This document shows positions 36,301 through 49,770 of a stretch of 64,000 nucleotides of DNA, piece by piece. Source of the DNA: Callorhinchus milii (taxonomy: Eukaryota). The notes below the pieces were generated by a model. That model saw only the letters and a program-made list of their open reading frames with translations. It was not told the origin of the DNA and did no database searches. Where the stretch lies: the NCBI RefSeq assembly GCF_018977255.1, contig NW_024704742.1:85996001-86060000 (forward strand). Reading direction: 5' to 3'. Position 1 is the stretch's first letter; each line of letters begins with the position of its first letter. Both the position numbers and the translations under genes were made by a program.

Positions 36301-39300
36301 TAGTTCAAAGTACCAAAGTGGGGCTGCAACCCACAACCTTCTGACCCAAAGACGAAAATGCTAACAACCGAGCCAGGCTGAAAGCCTACGAAATACATCG
36401 CAAACAAAAACAAGTAATTTAAAGCCTTGATACTTAAAAAATAACTGCAGACAGTATTTATTTTATGGCAGACAGCACTGTGAAGTCTAGTGAAGTGTAG
36501 ACAGTGGAATATTATGCCAGACTCTTGTTATTGAAGTGATAATCAGGAGATGAGCAGTAGTGTAGAACGGACAGCTTCATCACTTAAAGTGGTTTGGGAA
36601 CAGTGGGTCTGTTTGACCAGCACAGTGAGCGGCTGAGCTTTCGAAAAATGGTTTCTGTACATGAATGTTTTTCTGACCTGCCTCCAGTCTCTCTCTCTCT
36701 GACCTTTTGATTTGATGTGAAAGAACTGAGTTTTTTACAAGATCATGTTCAGTTGCCCCTGTCCATTTAATCCGCTTTTACTTGGTGTTCCTGTAATTCT
36801 GATTTTGGATTCTCTAGTTTTGTGTACAGGTCAATGATGGTCTCATTGCTTTGAATAAATATGTAATGTACTACAGTAACAAATAATTGTATTTGGCCAG
36901 AACTGTTTTTCAGTTCTGTAGCTTCTCTCCAGGCTAAGTTTGCTTTCTCTCCACTTTGCTTGTTTGGTATTTCGTGATTTTCTTCTTTTACTCTTTGCTG
37001 AGCTTCCCTGGCTAAGCGAACAGCAATTGTGTGTCAGCCTGGTTTAGTGTCTAGCACTGTTCTCTCTGAGTCACAAGGGTTATGGGTTTAAGTTCCACTT
37101 TGAGACTTTGAATTCACAATGAAGGCTGATGCTCCAGTTCTGTGCTGGGGGTGTGTTGCATTGTTGGAGGTGACATGCTTCAGATAAAAGCATGAGGCAT
37201 AAAAGCACACAGTCCAATGAACCTTCTGATTAGGAGCCTCTGCAGCCCAGAGCCCACACGGGTTAACTTGTCCCTTCAGTGTGAAGAATAACAATGAGCC
37301 GCACTTGTATCTTAAAGCTTCGCTCTGCCTCTAACAGCCTCTGCCTAAAATCCCAGTTGTCATAGTGTTAGGCACAGAGGGAAGAGTTAGACTGTGGCAG
37401 GTGCTGTACCAGCTGCACTGTGAAATTTGTTAATACATATTTTTTATTTTTAATTAAACAAATGATAAAAAATAATTTTTCTGTGTGTAGTGGGCGGGGA
37501 GGGGGAGATGGAGCAGACTTACTTGGTTATGCTATGGCATTTCTGAGTTACTAATTTGTTTATGAAGTGTGAGCCAGATTTCTTGCTGGGTACTTTCCAA
37601 TGTTGTTTGACACTTTTGATAAGAGGACAATGGTCAGATTAGCTGTCATAAATCTCAGGATGTTCAACTCAACTTTTTTTGCTGCCCCAAAAGGTGAAAC
37701 TGATCTCCTCTAGGATTATATTCTGTTGTATTAATCCTGTGTTTCATGTAGCATTTTTTCATGTTTCACAAAATATACAGTCAATTCACTTTACAGTATA
37801 TCCTGTGATGTGCTTTGAGATGTCTTGAAGACATGATAAGGCTCTATATCACATGCAAGGATTATTATGTTGTTGAGATGTCTCAAAGCACTTCACAGGA
37901 TTTACTCGAGACTAGTGGTGGCAAACCTTTGGTTTGCAGGGCAGAAGTGGCCCATGGGGCCGTCAAGAAGTGGCTCCCCCGAACATTCGCACTAGTCTGG
38001 GTAATAATAATAACAATAATCCCATGCATTTGATATAGCACCTTATCACATTGTTGAGATGTCCCAAAGTGCTTCACGGAAGGTATGTTCATGTTCAATC
38101 AATACGGTAGTACATTTCCAATTTTTTCTTGATTGAATATTTCTTGATTTATGCCATAAATCAAAAAATATTCAATCAAGAACATTTATTTTGTTGGTCT
38201 ATCAAAAAGGTTGGCCACCACTGGTCTAGTAGTGACTGTGAATATTACAGATGGATGTCATGTAGTTTTGTTCAAACTGAAATATTTCAGAGCCTGAAGC
38301 TGTGTAACTGTTGTAAATTGTAAAGGTTTGTCTGCCCCACATGAACAACAAGATTACATTTGTATAGCAAGGGTGATATACCAATGTTATTTCATTCCAG
38401 CTCCTAGATCTGTCAATCGAGTCATCTTACTACATTTTCCTGACTGTCTCGTATCTGATGATGGTCAGATAGGTGAGAAAACAAAGAACTTTGACTGACA
38501 AGTTTTGGATTGTAAAATAAATTGGGTGGACTGTATGCCAAATTTTGCATACGGTCATATTTTATTGTGTAATAGATGCATGATTTTGCATTTATTATGC
38601 AATAATCTACTACTACTATTCAACGATCGTGATTGCTAAGTAGCAGACAGCAGGGAGAGTATAAGGGATGGGTGCAGTATTAGACATTGTTGCGCTTTAT
38701 CACACTGAAATTATTAGCACATCACCTTTTTGATGCCAACATGTGCAATTTCGAGTGGCCACATATAGATGGACAAACTGAGTTCACCAGATTATTTTGG
38801 ATGAAGAAGGCCCTTTGGCCCATTTGATCTCATCCTGCCAAAATACACACACTAACATCTTCCCATCATCACATTAACCTTTTTTTTAAATGAGGATAAT
38901 TAACCAGTTTTCTTTCCAGATCAGACCTGCATAATATATATCCATATGTGAGGCAGCTTTGTCAATCTCTCATTTTAATTGAGGTCAAAAGGCTACGTGG
39001 GGAACCCCAGGCAAATCATAACTGGGCCCTTATGCACTGGTTGGTCTATGAGGCAGGATGAACAAACTACAAGAGTTAAGCTAATTGGAATTTTGATTTG
39101 CCACCATGCACTGAGGTTACCCATTAGCTATGCCAGGTACATTGCTGTTTTAGTAAAATGAGCTTTGCGGTTTTCATGGAATCACAGGGGTGAAATTTGC
39201 AGCGTTTCATTACGAGTTCCTTGTCTTAGTTAACACACAAAGGAATCCATTACCAAACATCACAAATGTCACAGCACACGACTTGGCCCAGCAAGTCTCC

Positions 39301-40914
39301 ACTGGTGCATTATGAAAAAACATACCTTGTTTTACTTTGTTGCACATTATTTAGTGAATGGCTAAGGAGCTCTGGACCTGCTGCAGAACACTTTTATTTG
39401 TAGGAGATGCTGGCTGCCTGTGCCTCTGGCACACAAGCTCACAAATGGGCCAAATGGCTTTTCTTTCTGTTGACTGTAAGCATTCTAAGTGAATGGAGCT
39501 TAGAAAGGTCTTACCCATATGGAGGCCACAGCACAAGACTAGAAAACTTCTGCATGAAGAACCATTTGGTGGCAGTTGTTTGGGAATAGTAGAAGGATGC
39601 CCTGTGTGGAAATAAAAATAATAATAATCTACTTTTGATATAGAGTCTTATCCAGACATCTAAAAATGCTTCACAGGAATATACTGTGAAGTTTAGTGAC
39701 TGTATATTTAAAGGAGAATATCAATGGTACACTGTGGTAGGGAGTTCCTGTGTTGAGAAATATTCCTGGGAATAAGTATATACAACTAGTTTTATTTATA
39801 GCTTACCTCAGGTCCATTGGCGTTCTGTTCACAGAAAGGTCTGTATGAGCACCAACTTCCTGTAACTAAATATGGATTAAGAATGAATCCATCCCCCTTA
39901 GTTCCCATCAACGTCTCCTCATCTCCATCTCTGACCTCCTCAACCTCTCTGCCCTATCTCTAAAAAAACTCACCAAACCAGTAAACAACCTCGGCTTCCA
40001 GTTCAACATCCTTCCTCTCTCACTGACTCTCCACAATGCACTACTGCAATGCACCAACCTGGTTTGAATAGCACCTTCCAGCCTCCCAACCTTCTCCATG
40101 GGATCTTCAGCATCCACCTAAACAGGCAGATGACTCCTCAGTTTAACGTCTCATCCAAAAGATGTTTGCATAGATCTCCTGCTCCTTCAGTGTTGGTAGA
40201 TTGAAATCCTGGAACTCCCTGCCCAACAGAATTGGCAGAAAGACTGTAGTGGTTTAAAGAGAAGGTCCACCACTGGGGCCACTCGGGAAGGGCATGAAAT
40301 CACAGCCCTGACAGCCCTCACATCCAGAGAGAAAATACTGTGAACATGGATTGAATTATTTTGTTCCAAACAGGGCAGGAATTTAAACCATTTTCTGACA
40401 AATAAATGAGTAAAAGATCTAAACTTCGCCGACAGAAAATCACCTCAGTTTCTTTGAAAAGGGAATCCTGCACCGGGAACCCAGGCAGATGAGGCTTTGT
40501 GCTTTGATGAATTTTCTACAAGCTGCTCGCATACTTTTTTTTTAGAAAAATCCAAAATATCTGCACGGTCAGATAAGAGAATCAGGAGAGGAAATAGTTT
40601 CTCTATGTGGTGTCTGTGTATCTATGAGTCAATTATATCATCCAGAAAGCTGACAGTTTATCTACTGGATGATGAATGGTTATAACTTGAAGCCTTTTGG
40701 TGAATTGCAATTTAGAAGCTACACAACAGCATTTTGTGTGACAGGAGTGCTGCCAAATGTTGATACATTGAAGAGTATTAACTGAAACTGGGCTAATAGC
40801 ATACTTGACTCAAAACACCTAAAGAGGGTCAGTTGACAGCATGAACTGTTAGAGCAAAGACTGAATGTTTTAAAGCCCCTCTCGGCCCATGATCCATCCA
40901 GACATTGATTAAGT

Positions 40915-41072
40915 ACACTTTCTGGAATTAGGTAAACAGGATGTGTCCCTCCAGGGAGAAAGTGTGCATTCCATTCCAATAAATATCTCTGGAATTTCCT
41001 TGTGTAGGTGGGATGCATGGAACTTTCAGCCTCTTAAGCATGGTGATGATGGGTTTCCGCACGTGTCAGACA
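40915..41072 (+). mobile_element. Unassigned structured retroposon-like family, 5'-truncated copy
   Basis: ggaattaggtaaacaggatgtgtccctccagggagaaagtgtgcattcc...ctcttaagcatggtgatgatgggtttcc. Confidence 0.75.
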
Positions 41073-41224
41073 GCTCTTCCCTCAGGAGAAGACTGCAGCA
41101 TTGAAATCACTCTGGAATGTGTTTATAATGCACCGGTAATACATAGTCAACTCACTATGGGCTGAAACTGCAGTTTTGAAAAACAGATTCAGTTTGGAAT
41201 GCCAGATTGCGAGATTTTCTTGCC

Positions 41225-43100
41225 ACCTTTACTCAGATTTAGGTGTCAGCCTGGCTCGGCCGGTAGAAGTCTGACCAGAATCATACAGTTACGAGTTCAA
41301 ATCCTAAGTAGCTTCACACTCTTGGTTGACCCTCTAATGCAGTGGTGGTGGGTGGGGGTGGAGTTTGCTGTAATATTGGAGGTGCCTTCCTTCCAATGAG
41401 ACGTTAAACTGAGGTCCCATCTGCCAGTTCAGTTGGACCTTAAAGATCTCATGGCACTGTTCGAAAAGAGAATGGAATTTTTTCTGGTGTCCTGGCCAAT
41501 GGTTGAGTCACTAAAATTGGTCATTCACATGGCTGTTTGTGGTACATTGCTGAATGCAAATTGGCTGCCGCATTTGCCTAAAACAACAACAACAAGATTG
41601 CGTTTATAGAGCGCCTTTCACGTCGGGAGGATGTCCCAAGGCGCTGGACCGTTGGGTCAGGACCCGAGCAGGGGGGAAATGGTCAGGGTGAGGGAGGGAA
41701 GGGAGGGAGCGAGGAGGGGGTAGAGAGTCGAGAGGGGAGCTGAAGGCACGGTCAAAGAGAAAGGTCTTGAGACCGGCCTTGAAGGAGGAAAGTGAGGAAG
41801 CAAGGCGAAGGCACTGGGGGATGGAGTTCCAGAGCCTAGGGGATGAGAGGCTGAAGGCCCGGCCACCGATGGTAGGGCAGTTGGGTCGGGGGATGTGGAG
41901 CAGACCGGAGCCAGAGGAACGGAGGGTATGGGCAGGTAGGTAGGGGGATAGTAGGTCGGAAAGGTAGGAGGGAGCAAGGCCATGAATGGATGAGGATCTT
42001 GAATTCAATTCTCTGGGGGATGGGGAGCCAGTGGAGGCGAGCGAGGGTGGGAGTGATGTGGTCCCGAAGCCTGGTGCGGGACAGTACACGAGCTGCAGAG
42101 TTCTGAATGACCTGCAGCTTGTGGAGGGAGGTGCCGGGAAGGCCGGCGAAGAGAGAGTTCCCATAGTCCAGCCTTGAGGTGATAAAGGCGTGGACCAGAG
42201 TTTCAGCGGCGTGAGGGGTGAGGTAGTGCCGTAGTCTGGCGATGTTTTGGAGGTGATGGAAGGCGGTGCCAGTTGTGGCGCGGATATGAGGAAGAAAGGA
42301 CAGCTCAGGGTCGAACAGAACCCCGAGGTTCCTGAGTGGCTTTGAGAGGTGGAGAGTGCAGCCTTGGATGCTGATGCTGTCAGCGCCTGAGGTGCGGAGG
42401 CGCTGACGTGAGCCAATCAGGAGGGCCTCAGTTTTACGCACGTTGAGCTGAAGAAAGTTGTCTCTCATCCAGGACTTGATGTCGGACAGGCAGGCTGTCA
42501 GGACATCGGTGGTCGTGGAGTTGAGGGTAGAGGAGGAAAGGCAGAGTTAGGTGTCATCCGCGTCTGTGGATGATGTCACCAGGGGGAGCATATAGAGGGT
42601 GAAGAGGAGGGGACCGAGGACAGAGCCCTGAGGGACACTGCACGAGACAGTGCGGAGGCTGGAGGAAAAGCCGTTTGTGGAAACAAAATGAAGATGGTGG
42701 GAGAGGTACGACCTAAACCACTCAAGGACAGAGCCTTGAAGGTTGAGGTGGGAGGACAAGCGGTGGAGGAGGATTGCGTGGTCGACCGTATCGAATACTG
42801 CCGATAGGTCGAGGAGGCAGAGGGAGCCCTGGTCGCAGATGGTCAAGATGTCATTGGTGACCTTGACCAGGGCGGTTTCTGTGCTATGGGTAACACGGAA
42901 ACCCGACTGAAGGGGTTCGAATAATGTATGGGTGGAGAGGAAAGAGCGCAGCTGGGAGGCGACAACTCTTTCAAGGACCTTGGACAGGAAGGGGAGGTTC
43001 TACTCAGTAACTACATTTTGCAGTAAATCTTGTGATGCACTTTGAGACATCCTTCCAAAGTGAATGGTGCTATTCCAAATGCAACAATTCTTTCTTCTTT
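41225..43100 (+). mobile_element. Deu-domain SINE split by an L2
   Basis: Head and Deu core at 41225-41582; tail resumes near 43001. Confidence 0.7.
41583..43000 (-). mobile_element. Young L2 LINE, 5'-truncated (RT domain and C-terminus)
   Basis: [13 protein letters not shown]...[19 protein letters not shown]; 210-aa frame MRDNFLQLNVRKTEALLIG...LHWLPIPQRIEFKIL; (CAA)n tail; many CpGs. Confidence 0.95.
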
Positions 43101-43334
43101 ATTTTGTTGGCTTGCAATTCACTAGTTGCTGTCTGCAAATCTTGCATTCCATCACTCACAAATTGGAAGTGACAATTAACTACTCAAAAGGCGGTTTGTG
43201 AAATCGCACTTTCTAAAAGAAAGTAAGATGGTCATTAGGGTAGATTCCATTCAAACAAACACAATGTGTGTTGCCTTTTTATTGGACGCTAAACATCTGT
43301 TATTTAAATTAAATTGGAAATACGGTTTAACACT

Positions 43335-43348
43335 TGCCACCTACTGGC
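43335..43348 (-). promoter_or_regulatory. Candidate CTCF site
   Basis: Reverse complement GCCAGTAGGTGGCA matches the CTCF core CCASYAGRKGGC; lies in unique sequence. Confidence 0.4.
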
Positions 43349-43496
43349 ACTGATAAACAAAAACTTGTTTTTTNACTTTATTTTTTGTTTCCTTTTAGAT
43401 ATAAAAATCTCTTGTCCTTCATTAACCTTTAAAGTTACACAATATCTTATGAATTGTGTTAAGGAATTTGGTTTTGGTAATTATTTATTAATTAAA

Positions 43497-43735
43497 TAAT
43501 AATCCTTGCATTTGATATTGCAGGAGGTCATGTCAGGATGATGTCTCAATGCGCTTCACAGGATTTACTAAAATGTAGTCACTGTATTTTGCAGGAATAC
43601 ATGACAGCCAATTTATGTACCACAATTTTCCACAAACAGCCATGAAGTGAATTACTGATTTTATTTGGAGGATTATTGGCCAGGACACTGAAAGGAATTC
43701 CCTTCTCTATTCGAGTAGGTGCCATGGGATCTTTT
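43497..43735 (-). mobile_element. Deu-domain SINE 3' part
   Basis: Reverse complement of the tail and Deu core. Confidence 0.7.
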
Positions 43736-44269
43736 GTATTATAACAATTGTTTGAAAGGGGCACAACACTGGGATCACAATTGAATTTGGATGTGGTGCA
43801 ATATGTCTTCAAATAAGAGAAAGTAAATGGGTTATACTGAGTGAGATGATGTGCAGAAAAAAAGTTGTTGAAGTCTCTACCCAATGAATGTGAAGGATGA
43901 TGGACAGAGCTGCTTTCAGTAGCTGTTAATTATTTTTTGCACGGAGAGAAGGAATAGCTCAGTCCATATCAAATGCCAGGTTTTCAATGTAACATATACA
44001 TCAATAAATATCATCCTGTTCTGCTTGTAAAAACATTTGTTGACTAAAACTGATAATGTGTTTTCCTTCTTGATTTCATCAAACTTGCCGTTACTTCTTG
44101 AATCTTGTCGTATGAATTACCATAATTTTGCATTTACTGTTCTATGAATCACCGTAGCTTCTGTGCGACTAGGTGTCAGCCTTGTTCAGTTGGTAGCACT
44201 CTTGCCTCTGTTTCAGAAGGTTATGGGTGCAATATGTTTTTGGTTCGTTGGGTACCTGACATATGTGGC

Positions 44270-46258
44270 GACCCATCAGACATCCAAACCAGACTGAGTC
44301 TGGTTCACCGGCATCTGTGCCTTGAGCATCTTATCTACCACCGCTCCCTCTCAAGCCCAAACCACTTTCTAATCAAGTTATTCTCAAGGCCAAAAAACAA
44401 CCCAAATGCTGTTCTCGACCACCCACCACCTCTTCCACATCTCCTCTCCAGCACCCTCGATCCTCACTTCTGATGCCAAGTCCGAAAAGGTCCTGAACTT
44501 CTTTATCTCTAAGATAGATACATCTGCCTGGCTGCCTCCTCCTCCTCCCCCATGGCATCTACCACCCCCTCCCACCATGCGTCCCTCATCACCCTCTCCT
44601 ACTATGGCCCCCTCCCTACAATCCTTTATCCCATCTCTTCCTCCTCCCTTTCCTCCACCATCCCCCAGATGAAATTCACCATCTGCTACCTGGACCTCCT
44701 CCCCACCCAGCTTATGGTCACTCAACTCCCCCTCCTCTGCCCACTCCTGGCTGACATAATCAACCAGTCCCTCTCCTCAGGTTCTGTCTCACTCCCCCTC
44801 TAAACCCCTGTCATCACTCCTCTCCTTAAAAAACCTACCTTCGATCCCTCCAAGCTCACACCTATCTCAAACCTGCCCTTTCTGGCCAAAGTTTTGGGAC
44901 ACATCGTTGCAAATCAACTTTGGTCACATCTCTCCCTCTACTCTCTACTCGAACCCCTCTAGTCTGGTTTTCGCCCTACCCACAACACAGAGACAGTGTT
45001 CGTCAAAGTGACAAATAACGTCCTCTGTATCTGTGACCAGGGCTCCTTCTGCCTCCTCATTTTTCTGGACCTCTCCACGGTATTCGACACAGTCGATCAC
45101 ACCATCTTCCTCCACTGCCTCTCCTCCCTCGTCCACCTTAGTGGGACCGCACTCACATAGTGCGAGTCCTACTTAACTAACCGCCAATAATACATTTAGG
45201 CAAGTGTTTTTTCCTCCTTCCTCCGCCTGGTCATTCTGGGGTTCCCCAGGTCTCCATCCTTGGCCCCCTTCTTTTTCTTATCTACATGCTCCCTCTTGGC
45301 GATGTCATCTGAGGTCAACTTCCTTGGGTCCAGCGCCTTGGGACGTCCTCCTGACGTGAAAGGCGCTCTATAAATGGAATCTTGTTGTTGTTGTTGTTGT
45401 TCCACATATATGCGGATGACACCCAAATCTACTTCTCCTCCTTCAGCTGCGACTCGCAGTCCACTGATGTCCTGTCAGTTTGTTTGATGGACATCAAGGC
45501 CTGGATGAGTGCAAATTTCCTGCAGCTGAACATCGGCAAGAGGGAAGCCATATTCTTTGGCTCATGTCAACGTCTTCTCTCCTGCGGTGTCTGAATTACT
45601 CAACCTCCCCAGGCTCTCTCTCAGTCTCACTAAATCTCTGCGCATCTTAGGCATCAGTTTTGATCCATCCGTACCTCACAACCAACGAAGCTGAAAGCCT
45701 GGTCCACATCTTCGTCACTTCCCGGCTGGACTATTCCAATGCCCTTCTCGCTGGTCTCCCCAGCTCCATCATACAGAAAACTCAACTAATTCAAAACTCC
45801 ACTCGGATGCTCACCCCTACAAAACCCGCACCTACCCCCATCACATCAGTCCTTGCCAGGCTCCACTGACTCCCAATTACTGAATGGATCAATTTCAAGA
45901 TCACTCGTTTTCAAGTCCCTCCATGCTCTTGCACCTCCCTATCTATCTGATCTGCTTACCCCGCACTCTACCACCTGCTGTTTGTGCTCGGCTGGCTCCG
46001 GCCTCCTGTTGTCCCTTGTCCCCTCCGCTTCACCATCGATGTCCATACCTTCAGCCACTGTGCCCTAAAACTCTCTCCCTCAATCTCTTCAGCTTGCCCA
46101 CTCCCTCTCTTCAAACCCTGCCTAAAGACCTTCCTTTTTGATTGTACTTACAGTCACCTCCTCCCTCTCCCCCTGGCTCAGTACTAGACTCTGCTACTGT
46201 TAAGTGCTCTGGGACGCGATCCCTGTGAAAAGCGCTGTATAAATGCAAGTTGTTGTTG
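44270..46258 (+). mobile_element. L2 LINE, degraded, older subfamily
   Basis: [20 protein letters not shown]...WMSANFLQLNIGK, ESLVHIFVTSRLDYSNALLAGLP; (TTG)n tail. Confidence 0.9.
45324..45399 (+). mobile_element. Very short L2 3' tail inserted inside the older L2
   Basis: cagcgccttgggacgtcctcctgacgtgaaaggcgctctataaat+(TTG)n; TSD ttcc at 45320-45323 and 45400-45403. Confidence 0.75.
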
Positions 46259-46782
46259 AAGGCTGATGTCAACATTCTACAGAAACTGCTGTGAAGCATT
46301 TGGAGAAGTTTTGATGTGATAAAACTGTATAAAATTCAAGTATTCTAAGTCTCCACCATTGGACATGTGTGCTTGAAAAACTATTTAGGCATTTTGTGCA
46401 AGTGGAAAGGTCAGGTTGAACAATTTAGTGAGCTATTGCAATTGAATGTATCTTCTAATAAGCACTTAGTGTTCTATTCACGTTATCTGTCAACAATTTT
46501 GTAGATTGCATTCTGCTTTTTCTTTTGAGCTTAGACAGCAAACATTATTATTCACGACCACATGATGATAAACAGTTCTGTAAATAGAAGAGCACTGGGA
46601 TACAATTTTGTTTTTCATTACAATTGTAACATGGTTCATATGTAGGATGGTTAAGTGTTGTGTGGAGACTAGTTTTATCCCAAAAGTGGGATGCAACTTG
46701 ATGATCAAAATAAGGCCAATGCGATCCAAGCAACATTACCTTAATATCATCATTAGTAATAATTATTAGTCTCATCCAAAGG

Positions 46783-47450
46783 ACTGGAACAAAGGAACAG
46801 GAGGAGGCCATTCAGCCCTTCAAGCCTGTTCCACCATTTAATTAGATCACAGCTGATCTGTACCTCAACTAATCTTTTCAATTCCAATATCCCACTTTCT
46901 CCCCATATCCCTTAATACCCTGACCTACCAAAAATATATCAACCCCACTCTTGAAGGTGTGGATGGATCCAGCATCCACGTCCTTTTGGAGGAGACAATT
47001 CCATATTTTTAACACCCTTTGAGTGAAAAAATGCTTCCTGATTTCACTCTTAAATGGTCTGGCTCTAATTTGAAGACTATGCCCCCTTGGATTCCCCCAC
47101 AAGAGGAAATAGCTTCTCTGTATTTACCCTATTGAATCCCTTTATCATCTTAAATACCTCAATTAAATCACCTCTCAACCTTCTAAACTCGAGGGAATAT
47201 AATCCAAGTTTACACAACCTTTCCTTGTAATTTAACCCTTTTAGGCCTGGTAACATTTTGGTGAACCTGTCTGCACTCCCTCCAGGGCCAATATATCTTT
47301 CCTGAGGTGTGGTGCCCAGAACTGAATGCAGTACTCCAGATGGGATCTGACTAATGCTCTGTACAGCTGAAGCATAATTTCTTCCCCTTTGTATTTCAGG
47401 CCCCTTGAGATAAAGGTCAACATTCCATTCGCCTTTTTGATTACTTTGAT
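46783..47450 (-). mobile_element. CR1 LINE 3' fragment
   Basis: KKANGMLTFISRG...LYRALVRSHLEYCIQFWAPH; RGHSLQIRARPFKSEIRKHFFTQRV. Confidence 0.9.
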
Positions 47451-48124
47451 CAAAAAAGTACCTTTTTTGTCAACTTTTTTTTCGACTGCACCTCCAACAA
47501 TGCAGTGTCTTCCAAGTACTTTATTGGAGTGTCAGCATAGACTATATGTGCCATGCGATCTTTCACATCCACTTGAACAAGCACGCAGGAACTCGGTTTA
47601 ATGTCTCATTTTTTAAAAAAACTACTCCGAATGAACATACTCCAACCAAAATGTACAAGTTGCATTTAATGCTTCCCACCCTAAACTGAAATATGGCATT
47701 TAACAGTTTTTTCATCTGAAGGATATATAATGGTTAAAATGGGGATTTCAGTGTTTTTTAGTAGGAGATTAATTCTCAAAAAGAATGAGTCAGTGCTGAT
47801 TTAAGCCTTCTTGTGGCATGTGTGCAGGGATTAAGGGCATTTACCAAATCCCTTCCGATTCGGTGTATGAGAAGCAATGTTTAATTGTGAAGTGAAGGGT
47901 GCCAAGAGATTGCAGAACAGATTCTGACAGGAGAATTGAAAGAATCAACATATTATCATGTACGTAATCCCTGGATTGAAAAGGAAATCAGTCTTGCACT
48001 TAGTATCATAACCACGGTGAGAAAGCATGGCTTGCAAAGCTTTTAAACCTAATTTAAAACTAAGAAATGCACAGAAAATAGTTTTGTGTATACAATGTGT
48101 CAGTGAAGTACTATATGATAATTG

Positions 48125-48465
48125 CACTCCAGTGAGATGCTAGGGGTGTGCAGCATTGTCAGAGGTGTCATCCTTCGGTTAAGATGTTGAACCAAGGCCC
48201 TGTCTGCCTGTTCAATTGGATGTTAAAGATCCCATGGCACTATTTGAAAAGAGAAGGTAATTTCTCCTGGTGTCCTGGCCAATAATCCCCAAACAAAATT
48301 GGTCATTCACTTCATGACTGTGGAACTTTGCTGTGTGCAAATTGGCTGCCGTGTTCGCCCACACAGCACACAATGACTTACACTTTACAGTATATCCTGT
48401 GAAGCACTTTGAGACATCCTCCTGAATTGCAAGGTGCTTTACCAAATATAAGGATTATTATTATA
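48125..48465 (+). mobile_element. Deu-domain SINE
   Basis: Deu core plus L2-type tail. Confidence 0.8.
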
Positions 48466-48944
48466 CCACAAAGGACAAAAGTGTCCTGCTCCATCTACCC
48501 CTGTGCTGTGCAAAAGTAATATGTGAGCATCTATAAAGCATCAATTGCCCCTGATATAGATATCTGCCAGATAGCTAATGAGGATACTCTGACAGCTGTT
48601 GGAAGACATTACCCAGAGTCCGAGTTTGTGATCACATTGTACATCCAGCGCTTGGAATCCCCACCTTGACTGGCCTGCAGAAAGGCAAGCAGCTGCTGCT
48701 TAAACTCCGCACCTCCAATTGTTGAAACTATCGCTCAATGGGAAGGGATGTGTGCCCAAGCTGCAGACAGAAAGATGGTGGCAATGCTATCACACATTTC
48801 ATGCTGAGATGTGTTGCCCACTGGGTAGCATGCAGGGAGTTCCTTGTACCTACCATCCACTGAGTCAGGGCTCAAACCCATGTTTGTCTGACCAACTAAT
48901 GATTATAGTCCTTGCGGAGTGGTGGGGAGGTAAGCAGGATCTCC

Positions 48945-49502
48945 TTGGAGCTAAACAGGCTCCAAGGTGACATGCCTGGCAATGGAATGTCGGAATCGAA
49001 CCAACCCTCTGTGGCGGACTCGGTAGTGCGGTTCCTGAGCCAAGCAGGTCGGCTGTATTCCAAGGCGCTGCTGTTGACAGCACAGTCAGCCTGGCTCATT
49101 GGCAGGACTTAGAAGGGCAGATCAGTCACTGGGCGCAGGGAGTCATCCAATCAGCTCCTGCAAACCAAAGCCCTAATAGATAGGGTGGTCCTAGCTGGTA
49201 AAGCAGTGGGAAAGCTTGCCAGACAACAATTTCAATGGCAAGCTATGTGGTTTAGCTGGTTAGACTGCAGCAGTACCCCAACCCATACTCTGGGGACCCC
49301 AAGCCTTGGGTCTTGCCAACTTGCGCCTAATACTTTCCAAAGGATGTGCTCCTCCAGGGAGAAAGTGTGCATCCCATTCCAGAAATCTATTCCTGGAATT
49401 TCCATATGTAGGTGGAATGCATGGAATTCTGTTTGTTTTGGATGCTCTTAAGCATAGTGGTGGGTTTCTGCATATATCAGACGCCCGGCTGACCAAAAAA
49501 AA
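48945..49502 (+). mobile_element. Unassigned structured retroposon-like family, best-preserved copy
   Basis: Multiple stems (e.g. agcttgcca 49213-49221 / tggcaagct 49236-49244); ends cccggctgaccaaaaaaaa. Confidence 0.85.
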
Positions 49503-49529
49503 GCTGAATTCAATATTCGGGCCCATATA

Positions 49530-49770
49530 ATAATAATAATAATCCTTGCACTTGATATAATGGCTTTCATGTCAGCAGGACATCTCAAAGTGGTTCACAG
49601 TATTTGCTGTAAAATGTAGTAACTGTATTTTTAGGCAAATGAGGCAGGCAACTTACACACAGCAATGTCCCGCAAACATCTATTAAGCGAATGGCCAACT
49701 TATTCTGGTTCAAATCTGAATGTCAATCTAGTGGTGGTAAGAGTGCTATCAACTGAGCCAGGTTGACACC
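49530..49770 (-). mobile_element. Deu-type SINE with internal deletion
   Basis: (AAT)n tail and head aactgagccaggttgacacc. Confidence 0.65.

Noticed and set aside
43374..43374. Ambiguous base N
   Set aside because: Assembly ambiguity at the end of a T-run, not biological.
49165..49200. ccctaatagatagggtg resembling domain IIIe of HCV-like IRESs
   Set aside because: The motif is not conserved in the 34305 and 29925 copies, and no downstream ORF follows.
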